Below the pieces are notes generated by a model. That model saw only the letters and a program-made list of their open reading frames with translations, was not told where the DNA came from and made no database searches. From NCBI RefSeq assembly GCF_963921235.1, contig NC_086102.1:44640001-44704000 (forward strand): DNA of 64,000 nt, in the 5' to 3' direction. Within the stretch, counting starts at the first letter, position 1; each line of letters opens with the position of its first letter. The DNA is from Mobula hypostoma. Lineage: Eukaryota. Shown one piece after another: positions 38,601 through 46,675 of this stretch. Made by a program: the position numbers and the translations under genes.

Positions 38601-41600
38601 ACCACACAGGTTTATCTACCACTTTACAAAACTGTAGTTGTAAAAGGAAATGATCCTTACCCATGCTTTTAACATTCACTGTGCTATTTTTGGTTTGTTT
38701 TTCAGTCAGTGCCTGCCAGGTCTTGTCTGGGTCTTGGATCCACTCTATACTGTGGCAGTAAAACTGCCCCTGCTCGGACATCTGCAGTTTGTGGATAGTG
38801 AGTCTGTACGAAGTGGTCCCAACCTTGTCCAGTCGCACATCTCCCTGTGCCCATCTTTGCTTATATGATTCTCCAGCACTTAGGACGAAATCTCTTGTCA
38901 GAGAGATAACTCTGATATTCTGACCATCTTTCTGTAGGTACCATGAGACGGACACATGTGTGTGGTACGTTGTTTCTTTAGATACTTCACAGACCAGTTC
39001 CAAAGGATCACCTTCTACTTTATTTATGACTTGAGGAACCAATGTTGCACTGAGCGTGTCTGGAATAACTATAAAAATACATGTTTTAGCATGGTTTGCA
39101 GACTCCACACCGAGTAGACAAAGTTCACACAACAATTCAGCAGTTCCATGATCTTCTCTCTCTCACTTAGAGACATTGATAAACCAGCCAGTTTTTCCAT
39201 TCTGTAAATTCCTAAATTGGACATGAATCCTACCCCTGGAATTCTGAGGATTCAGAATGTGTGTGAGGGGGAAGATGATGGGAGACGATGGGAGATGATG
39301 GGAGATGATGGGAAAGTGTGTGCTATGGTTGAATAGTACACCAATGCTGTTGAGCTAAATTTTCCACTAATGTCATTCGGGAAAAGAAACCAGCTGACAC
39401 CAATTTGCTTGACCTGAAGCTTTCCTCAGCAGGTCCATTGAACTACGAATGAATGTTTCAGGAAACCTATGACAGCCTTCTCAGGTTTCTGATAATGCTC
39501 TTAACTGCAAACAATTTCTTACAATTCCCATTAAGTTCAAGCACACAGCATTTGGTGTGGCAATTTCAGATAACTTCCACTCCAACCTGGGAACAAGGAA
39601 ACTAAGAGACCTCAGCAACAAAGAAAATGCTGGAGGAACTAAGCAAGTCAGGCAGCTTCTGGGTGTCTGTGGGTGGGGACGGAGAATAGGCAGCTGATGT
39701 CTTAAGTCAAGGCTCTTCATCTGGACTGAGAGTTAGAGGGGAGACAGTCAGTATGAAGGGGTGGAGCGGGAGCTGGCAAGTGATAGGTGGATTCAGATGA
39801 GGAAGGGTGACAGGCAGATGGAGGAGGAAAGAGTGGAAATAATGCCTGAGGCTGGGAAGAGTTAACTAGAAGCGGCAAAGGGCTTCAGGTGACAGAATCT
39901 AATGAGAAAGGAAAGTGGAGCAGGGAGTCAAACTATGTAGGTGTGGTGTTGATATAGGAATAGTGAGGGGAAGGGGACCCTGTGAGATGGAGTTGGTGAT
40001 AGAAAGTAACAGGATAATTTGGAGACTGGGGTGGGTGTAAGAAGAACTGGGTAGATCAGGAGAAGAGAGATAATGGATGTGGGGGGAGGGGGAGGAATGT
40101 TTATCAGAATTTGGCAACTTCAACTTTCATGCCATTTAGATGTAGACTACTAGACAGAATATGTAGGAGGGTTAGGGCAGTAGGCGAGCAGCAGTCAGCA
40201 AGTCTCCTAGCCAGTTAGAAAATAGAAGAGAAGGATGAAGATTGCAGAAGATCTACCAACAAGAATATAGATCAGGATTTCCCAACCTTTTTTAATGCAA
40301 TGGACCCCTAATATTAACCGAGGGGGTTCATGGGCCCCAGGCTGGGAACCCCTGATGTAGAAAATATAGCATTTCTAAAATAGGGGACTGATGCCAAAGA
40401 ACTGGTGAATTGCAAGCACTATTACTCTGTCCTTAAAAATAAAAGAATCAATACATTAGAAGCTGACCAGCCTAACGTTGGTGGTAGATAAACTTCGAAA
40501 TGTTGGAAGCAATTGGGTTAAAAATAAAATCCAGAATGGATTCTTAACAGAAGATAGCACTTGACTTCAAATCTTTGGACAGAAGTGTGGTACGGATAGT
40601 GTGGCTAACCTTGTGTAAGTGGAGTTTCTAAAAAAATTTATTAAAGTCCCACAAATAAGATTGAAAGGGAAGCAGCTACATGGATATGAAATTGAGTCAG
40701 CTGTAAAAAAAACAGAAAGTAAAAGTCAAATGTTACTTTTCAGAATGGAGGGACGTAGGTAATGGATCTCCCAGCATTCAGAGTTGGAACCATTGTTTCG
40801 TTGGTATCTATAATGACCTGGCCTGGGGTATAATGAATGTAAATAGAATGTAGAATTTTGCAGTTATACTCCATATCAATAACACAAAACATTTGTTCAA
40901 AGATGAGGATAAGGGCAAACTGGTGAAATAGCAAATAAAATTCAAAGGGGAGAATTATGAATTGAATCTCTTGGTAGAATAAATGAGGAGGGTCAATGTT
41001 AATTAGGAGTCCCAGTTTAAAAAGGAATGCTTGGAGAGGACACCAGTGAATGCTTGTGCATTGATTTCAGCAGGGTGCTAGGAATGGCATACAAGATCCT
41101 GACCTGGGAGATGGATTAATAAGATGGAATATGGACCTTGGATATGGGAAATAAGTAAACATCTACAATAAAAGATCCCCATCACCCAGGACATGCCCTC
41201 TTCTCATGGTTGCTGTCAAGGAGGAAGTACAGAAGCATGAAGGCACACACTCAGTGATTCAGGAACAGTTTCTTCCACGCCACCATCAGATTTCTGAATG
41301 ACCAATGAACCCATGTACACTACCTCACTCTATTTTTCCCTCCTTTTTTGAAATTACTTACTTAATTTTTAAATATATTTCTTATTTGAATTTATAGTTT
41401 TTATTTTTACGTATTGCACTGTACTGCTGCTGCAAAACAACAAATTTCATGACACATACCAGTGATATTAAACCTGATTTTGATTCTGTCCTTGAAAATT
41501 CCAGATACTTGGCTTCCTGATTCCCTGAGGAAGGTCCATGGTGCAGTATGTCTCAACCAGTCTCTGGACTTGGAACTACATCACTAGTTCATCAGCGTTT

Positions 41601-43615
41601 CTGGGTCTAATTTCCTCCCTAACAGGTTTGTAGGAGCACTCAGTGTTCCAAAATGCAGAGCATGCCTAACCTTATTACTGATCATTTTTCAGACTTACAA
41701 AATAAAAGTGAACGGTGCTTGTAGATCACAAGCAAGAGAAAATCTGCAGATGCTGGAAATCCAGAGCAACACACACAAAGTGCTGGAGGAACTCAGCAGG
41801 CCAGGCAGCATCTATGGAAAAGAGTACAGTCGACGTTTCCGGCCGAGACACTTCATCAGGACTGGAGAAAAAAAGATGGGGAATCAGAGTTAGAAGGTCG
41901 GGGGAAGGGAGGAAGACATAAAAGGTAGTAGGCAATAGGTGAAACTGGGAGAGGGGACAGGTGAAGTAAAGAGCTGGGAAGTCAAATGGTGAAAGAGCTA
42001 AAGGGCTGGAGAAGGTCTGATGTCCAGAAAGGAACAGAGAACTTTGAGGCCTTCCTGATGGGGGAATGGAGGTGTATAGGATCTTGTCATTCATAGTGAA
42101 AGTAAGATGATCAGGGTCAAAGAACTTGAAATCATTGAAAAGATCAAGAGCATGTGAAATGTCATGGTTGTAGCTAGGAAGGGACTGAACCAGGGGGTAT
42201 AAAACAGAGTCAAGGTACGCAGATATAAGTTTGGCGGGGCAGAAACAAGCAGGCAGGTTTGTGCACCTTGAGTAGGAGGTTGAAACCGGAGATGCAGGGT
42301 GAGGGAACTATGAGGCTTGTGGCAATGGATGGGAGATCACCAGAGTTAATGAGGTCAGTGATGGTGTGGGAAACAATGGCCTGGTGCTCCTTAGTGGGGT
42401 CCTGTTCGAGGGGTGAGTAAAAGTAGCTGTCTGACAGTTGTTGCCCGGCCTCAGCAGAATAGGGGTAGGTCAGTCTGCCGGACCACTACAGCACCCCCCT
42501 TATCTGCAGGTTTGATGGTGAGGTGCAGGTAGATGTTGCCTCATGCAATGGTCTTTCTAGTCTATTATCCCTGGGGCTTAATCCTACTGAGGCGTTTACC
42601 ATCACTCCCTGGGACAAGGAGAGCTGCAATCAACAATGAAGGTTAATCCTATTCTTATTTTGCTTGAGATGTTTACTTATTTGATTTAGTGATCAGTGAA
42701 TGTGCTTGTTTTTTCCTACATTTCCGCAGAACTCATAAATAAATCATACTTCCTTATTAGCAACTGACCTGCATTTTACATGATGTATTGCTTCTTGCTT
42801 AGTGGGATTTAAAACATTTAATAGATTACCCAGTGTTGCACTTTAACATGCTGACAGTTTTTATAATAATAAATCGTGCCTTGTTATGGAGCTCTGATTT
42901 AAAAGTTCTGATTTACAGATTATAAGCGCATTCGCAGATGCTGCCTGACCTGCTGAGTGTTCTTCAGCATTTACCATTTATTTCATTATGAAATATTGGG
43001 CTTCATGCTTTTTTAAATTCTGTACATGAGAACATTTCATGGAGTGTATTGCAGTTGGTGTTTAAAACAATGTTTATAACCCCATATTATTTGCATTAAA
43101 ATAGGATTTGTTATGATGTGCTAAAATTTGGATTTCTTTTATTTCAGTTATACATTGATGTATATTTAATTAGCGGCAAATGTCTTGCTGAATGGGATGG
43201 TTATTTATAGTACAGCTGGAGAGAAAGTAGAACTCACCTGTCAAATTCACGAATGCACTATAGGTTCCCCAGTATATACTGTCGGTGTTGGGAGTGTAAC
43301 ACTCGTACTGTCCTTCATCAGTTTTCTGCAGATTAGTTATGTGTAACTGCACAGAGTCACTTCCGATTCTCTCTACGTAGATCTCCTTAGCCGCCACTCT
43401 GTCTTTGTACAAGGCATAAGTGTAGTCGGAATCTTGAGTGCTGATAATTTGGATTTGAAATTTAGGTTTATTTGGAAGGGTGATAGACCACTCAAAGTTC
43501 TGCTCTTGAGACTGCTGCGTTCCGCTCACAGTGCACTGAATCGTTATGTGACGTCCTTCAGCTCGAATTAGGGGTCCTTCCTGTAATTTCACCAGCCTTT
43601 GAGCAGTGCACAGAT
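19615..43615 (-). CDS. CD101: Spliced gene: EWI-family Ig-superfamily type I membrane protein, CD101 (IGSF2)/IGSF3-like; 7 Ig-V domains + TM + short tail; signal-peptide exon not located
   Basis: Eight exons with canonical AG/GT sites, all phase 1, splice into one open frame (378+408+381+405+402+411+414+218 = 3017 nt, about 1005 aa without exon 1). The EWI motif (IEWIQDPD) is in domain 2. Seven Ig domains, the D2 start VIPDTLSAT and the TM/tail pattern (C-x-S-x-P...YFLF..PF...YW..RK...LW) fit CD101 better than 8-domain IGSF3, judged against human sequences recalled from memory. The family call is firm; orthology is less certain. Confidence 0.75.
20569..20600. repeat. (GT)16 microsatellite in the last intron
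   Basis: Counted directly: 32 nt of perfect GT. Confidence 0.98.
21900..23050 (+). mobile_element. Rex1/Babar LINE RT fragment and 3' UTR
   Basis: NTDVPQGHVLSSLLYILLT...KFTDD and PFPSGRSLSNTHTRTTRFKNSYFLKAVRLIN. Confidence 0.85.
23560..23850. mobile_element. Penelope-like inverted pLTR pair (minus arm with mutated hammerhead at 23636-23673; plus arm internally deleted)
   Basis: Left arm matches the PLE terminal repeat in reverse. Right arm ends gatttccagcatctgccgattttctcttg. The hammerhead core reads CTGCTGA (A6 mutated). Confidence 0.75.
25865..26721 (+). mobile_element. Solo LTR (857 bp, Gypsy/ERV-type) with 4-bp TSD GGAG
   Basis: TG...CA ends with TGTGACG/CGTAACA terminal inverted repeats; GGAG at 25861-25864 and 26722-26725; TATA-like gataaaaa at ~26091; AATAAA at 26633-26638; CpG-rich. 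Confidence 0.88.
27488..27901 (-). CDS. CD101/IGSF3-like exon, Ig domain 7 (DANLQVSDG...LELEC...DNGVYFCKVDEWILSPQNEW...RILTS)
   Basis: Acceptor ggttttgcag|AT, donor TCAG|gtaaca; 414 nt. Confidence 0.93.
28586..28996 (-). CDS. CD101/IGSF3-like exon, Ig domain 6 (VSLLQLEKQ...IEIDC...DEGNYYCSVTEWLLDPNYVW...VHTP)
   Basis: Acceptor ttctatttttgtag|TA, donor CCAG|gtaagc; 411 nt. Confidence 0.93.
29314..30880 (+). mobile_element. L1-clade LINE, 5'-truncated, antisense in the Ig5-Ig6 intron
   Basis: FIWNNKRPRIS...KKDGGLVLPNFRMYYWA and LIQFKIVH...CGRCK...LTHMFWSC (zf-RVT region); AATAAA at 30852 and A-rich tail. Confidence 0.9.
30915..31225 (+). mobile_element. RTE-derived non-autonomous repeat
   Basis: aaccccatcccataaaaac and ctggcccagaatagagcactctggcgagcagctgtc...ggggtgatgg segments resemble RTE 5' and 3' ends (recalled, not searched). 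Confidence 0.5.
31339..31740 (-). CDS. CD101/IGSF3-like exon, Ig domain 5 (GSIFKVTAVTRTP...FELQCII...EAGKFLCNAELW...IVRPP)
   Basis: Acceptor atgtttacag|GT, donor CCAG|gtaagg; 402 nt. Confidence 0.93.
32033..32154 (-). mobile_element. 122-bp truncated PLE terminal-repeat insertion with 11-bp TSD
   Basis: atgccatgact (32022-32032) / atgccgtgact (32155-32165), one mismatch; truncated within the hammerhead motif. Confidence 0.8.
33294..33698 (-). CDS. CD101/IGSF3-like exon, Ig domain 4 (EANLNVAITSNTTEILEGGFLQFAC...DEGLYSCKVTEW...IKSL)
   Basis: Acceptor gttctttcacag|AA, donor CTTG|gtaagc; 405 nt. Confidence 0.93.
35013..35050 (-). ncRNA. Minimal type I hammerhead ribozyme motif (sense to the CD101-like pre-mRNA)
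   Basis: UAGUC-CUGACGA-AGGGUCUCGGCCU-GAAAC-GUC^-GACUG: intact core, helix I UAGUC/GACUG, palindromic ACGU helix III. Predicted cut between 35018 and 35017. Activity untested. Confidence 0.75.
35070..35107 (+). ncRNA. Minimal type I hammerhead ribozyme motif (plus strand)
   Basis: UAGUC-CUGAUGA-AGGGUCUCGGCCU-GAAAC-GUU^-GACUG; core intact, GUU cleavage triplet. Confidence 0.7.
35840..36220 (-). CDS. CD101/IGSF3-like exon, Ig domain 3 (GKEFLVLIKAANVNINVGGSLEIAC...DDSGKYHCLVEE...TVQRP)
   Basis: Acceptor ttccttgcag|GT, donor CCAG|gtatga; 381 nt; open frame checked by hand. Confidence 0.93.
38661..39068 (-). CDS. CD101/IGSF3-like exon, Ig domain 2 with EWI motif (VIPDTLSAT...FYCHSIEWIQDPDKTW...NVKSM)
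   Basis: Acceptor gtatttttatag|TT, donor ATGG|gtaagg; 408 nt; lies within ORF 38359..39135. Confidence 0.95.
39274..39313. repeat. 10-bp tandem repeat (GATGATGGGA)x4
   Basis: Four copies with one substitution. Confidence 0.9.
39615..40160 (-). mobile_element. Old Penelope-like 3' region/pLTR
   Basis: aaatgctggaggaactaagcaagtcaggcagc terminus, degenerate hammerhead near 39700-39730, GIY-YIG C-terminal remnant near 40110-40160. Confidence 0.7.
40273..40354. mobile_element. hAT (Charlie-like) MITE, 82 bp
   Basis: TIR-like ends caggatttcccaacc / ggctgggaacccctg; 8-bp flanks atatagat / atgtagaa (6/8 identical, nnnTAnnn type). Confidence 0.65.
41160..41485 (+). mobile_element. Rex1/Babar LINE 3' end
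   Basis: ctgtcaaggaggaagtacagaagcatgaaggcacacactcagtgattcaggaacagtttcttcc plus 3' UTR ending aaacctgattttgattctg. Confidence 0.7.
41724..42535 (-). mobile_element. Penelope-like element: pLTR plus internally deleted RT N-terminal part
   Basis: Hammerhead-like motif at 41827-41864 (stem II damaged). RT remnants TIKPADKGGAVVV (~42490-42530) and LYTSIP...EGLK (~42040-42080). Confidence 0.85.
43238..43615 (-). CDS. CD101/IGSF3-like exon, Ig domain 1 (xLCTAQRLVKLQEGPLIRAEGRHITIQC...DEGQYECYTPNTDSIYWGTYSAFVNLT)
   Basis: Acceptor tttcttggtacag|AT, donor ACAG|gtgagt; 378 nt; V-set Cys/Trp and D-x-G-x-Y-x-C motif; QR-x-V-x-x-QEGP start typical of IGSF3/CD101. Confidence 0.95.
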
Positions 43616-43849
43616 CTGTACCAAGAAATAAACGAGAGGTAACTCAGCTCATTTCTTCTCAAAATTTGACAAAATCTTTCAAAGTAGAATTTTATTCTAA
43701 TAAGCAAGAGAATAAATTATCTGATACAGTTTGATATAATTGTTACTTTGAATAAGTTCTGAAACAATTAAATGAACTCAAGTCCAAACAATCAGGAATA
43801 ACCTCTCTGACCCCCAGCCCCTCAATTGTGTATTGCCTCCCCCCACCCC

Positions 43850-44217
43850 CCTCCCCCAACCAACCAGCTCTTGCTCCAATCCTTCCTTCTTCCTTTTTAT
43901 ACTGGCTATCTGCTTCCAGTCCTGATGAAGGGTCTCAACCCAAAATGTCAACTGTCCATTTCCCCCCCATAGGCGTTGCCTGACACACCAAGTTCTTCCA
44001 CCTGCAAGAGAGAATCTGCAGATGCTGGAAATCCAAGCAACACAAAATGCTGGAGGAACTCAGCAGGCCAGGCAGCATCCATGGGAAAAAGCACAGTCGA
44101 CGTCTCGGCCCATTGATGCTGCTTGGCCTGTTGTGTTCCTCAGCGTTTTGTGTGTGTTGTTTGGAGTTCCTCCACCTTCCCTGTTTTGATCCAGATTTCC
44201 AGCATCTGTAGACTCTC
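43850..44217. mobile_element. Composite PLE terminal repeats including an imperfect hairpin (44009-44217)
   Basis: Plus-strand decayed hammerhead at 43917-43954; inverted arms at ~44038-44086 and 44110-44160. Confidence 0.7.
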
Positions 44218-44305
44218 GTAAGTGCACAATTTATTTTATTGCTGATCACTAAATATTCACCTGTGCAGTGGTATTGTTGAGCACCAAACAAAGATTAACT
44301 TAAAC

Positions 44306-44555
44306 AACAGGAATTCTGCAGATGCTGGAAATTCAAGCAACACACATCAAGGTTGCTGGTGAATGCAGCAGGCCAGGCAGCATCTCTAGGAAGAGGTACA
44401 GTCGACGTTTCAGGCCGAGATCCTTCGTCAGGACAGACGTTTCAGACCAAGACCCTTCGTCAAGACGAAGGGTCTTGGCCTGAAACTTCAACCGTACCTC
44501 TTCCTAGAGATGCTGCCTGGCCTGCTGCATTCACCAGCAACTCTCACGTGTGTTG
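44306..44555. mobile_element. 250-bp fold-back PLE derivative with 17-bp TSD
   Basis: TSD caaagattaacttaaac at 44289-44305 and 44556-44572; same start and end points as the 34914-35167 element. Confidence 0.88.
44399..44436 (-). ncRNA. Minimal type I hammerhead ribozyme motif
   Basis: CUGUC-CUGACGA-AGGAUCUCGGCCU-GAAAC-GUC^-GACUG; core intact, helix I has one mismatch. Confidence 0.65.
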
Positions 44556-45979
44556 CAAAGATTAACTTAAACTGGAGTGAAAAATTCTTATTTCATAACA
44601 GCTATGTTTAAGCAAGCATTAGAATATGGTGACAAATAATTTTGCTATTTGAGTAGACGGGAGAAATTGAGTTTGTTCCAGACACTGGAGAAATATGGGA
44701 CAAGTCTTACATAATGAAAATACAGAGAAATTGAAGGGGTGGTAACAGGGATACAGGTAAAAGAAATACTGACTACATGAGGAAAAATGTCTTGCGTTAC
44801 AAGTGATTAGGTTTTACAATCAACTGCACAAGGTAGTGAATAATGAGTCAATAGTACTTGTTGAAAGGGAATTGCACAAGTACATCATAGATTAAGAATT
44901 ATGGTGATATAAGAATGATAAGGGAAACAAAAGTACTTGGGATTCTTTTCAAAGACCTGCTCAGATTGATGAAGTGAATAGACCTCTTTTGTGCTGCACT
45001 ATGCACCCGTATGATTTCATCATATGCTGTGATAACAAAATCTTTCAATTTGTGTATTGGAAAATTGACCAATGGCTGTTAAAAATTGGCCTAGCCTGAA
45101 ACATTAGCTGTTTACTCTTTTCAATAGATGCTACTGGCCTGCTGAGTTCCTCCAGCATTTTGTGAAGTGTTTTAACCGATGTACAAAAAAAATCACAGAA
45201 GGGAATTTTGTCAACCAGTTGTTGGAAACTGCAGATATGATATGGAGGACATCTTGTGTTTGTGGCTAAACATGCCAGCTGGCTGATTCAGGGTTTACTA
45301 AGGACTCGTACTGAGTAGATCGGGGTGACGCAACTGATTGACCTATTGTGTGTAAAACGTGCTGAAACTAGAATTTCCTGCCACTTGAGCAGACTGACTG
45401 ACACATTGATTAATCTTAGGAGAGGAAGTGGCTGTCAAGAAGCTGACACTCATTGGCTGAAGTGATAGAAAAGTCTTAAATGTTTATATTGCCGAGGTCA
45501 AAAATTTATAAAGAAGAAATTGATGGAAAATTATATCACAACATTCAGGGATAGACTAATTAAAATTTGGCAATAATCAGTATCGTTTAAGGTATGGTAG
45601 CAAAATGTCAAATGTACTTTTATTCATACATAGCCCTGATTTTTCCTTCCTTGAAACAGATTTACTGGATAAACATCACGCACACAGAAACATCGTATAC
45701 AGGTAAATGATAGCATTTATTAAGTGAAACTCAAGTTGAATTATTTAGAATTAAATTGACATCGATAGGTTTGGGGAAAAAGCATTGCACTTTCCTCAAT
45801 GGTCTGCTGATCTCAGGCGGAGGCAAGGTTGCAGAAGTCTTGCAGCTGAGGTTTAGCATCTGATCTGCCTTTTGAGTGGTACACTTAGAAACCACTTCCC
45901 ACTCCAGCAACTGTCAGCTTAATGAGTAACTGCACCAACTACATTTAGCAGAAATTGAAGCAAAGTTCTGTCAATCATT

Positions 45980-46675
45980 AACACAAGAGATTCTGCAGAT
46001 GCTGGAAATCCAGAGCAACAGACACAAAAGGCTGGAAGAACTCAGCAGGTCAGGTATCATCCATGGAAAGGAATAAACAGTTGGCGTTTTTGGCTGAGAC
46101 CCTTTCATCAGGACTGGAAAGGAAGGGGTCAAAGCCAAAATAAAAAGGTGGAGGGGGAGGGGGGAGGAATACCAGGTAAGTGGTGATAGGTGAAGCCAGG
46201 TGGATGGGGGGAGGGGAATGAAATGAGAAGCTGGGAGGTGAGAGGTAGAGAAGGTAAAGGGCTGTAGAAGGAATCTAATAGGCGAGGAGAGTGGACCATG
46301 GGAGAAAGAGACAGAGAAGAGGCACCAGCGGGAGGTGATAAGCAGATGAGAATTAGAAAAGAGGTAAGGGGGAGCCAGAGTGGGGAATGGGAAGTGCTGG
46401 GGGGAAACTACCAGAAGTCAGCAAAATCAGTGTTCATGCCATCAGATTGGACGCTATCCAGATGGAATATAAGGTGTTGCTCTTCCAACTTGAGATTGGT
46501 CTCACTGTGGCAGTAGATGAAGCCATGGGCCAGCATGCTGGAATGGCAAAGGGGATTGGAATTAAGATGGTTGGCCACTGGGAAATCTTCCTTGTTGTGG
46601 ATGGAGCAAAGGTGCTTGACAAAGCGGTCCCCCAATTTATGTCAGGTCTGATATAGAGGAGGCTACATTGGGAGG
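45980..46675 (-). mobile_element. Penelope-like element 3' part (GIY-YIG C-terminus + pLTR)
   Basis: GDRFVKHLCS...FPVANHLNS...LEEQHLIFHLDSVQSDGMNTDF; degenerate hammerhead at ~46078-46116. Confidence 0.85.

Noticed and set aside
41827-41864. Additional hammerhead copies (13451, 23636, 41827, 43917, 46078, 52643, 61493, 62809) as functional ribozymes
   Set aside because: Each has a substitution or deletion in the conserved core or stem II; they are listed only within their parent elements.
45215-45272. ATG...MSSISYLQFPTT as exon 1 (superficially like human CD101 MAGISY)
   Set aside because: Weak donor (gttgac) and no hydrophobic core.
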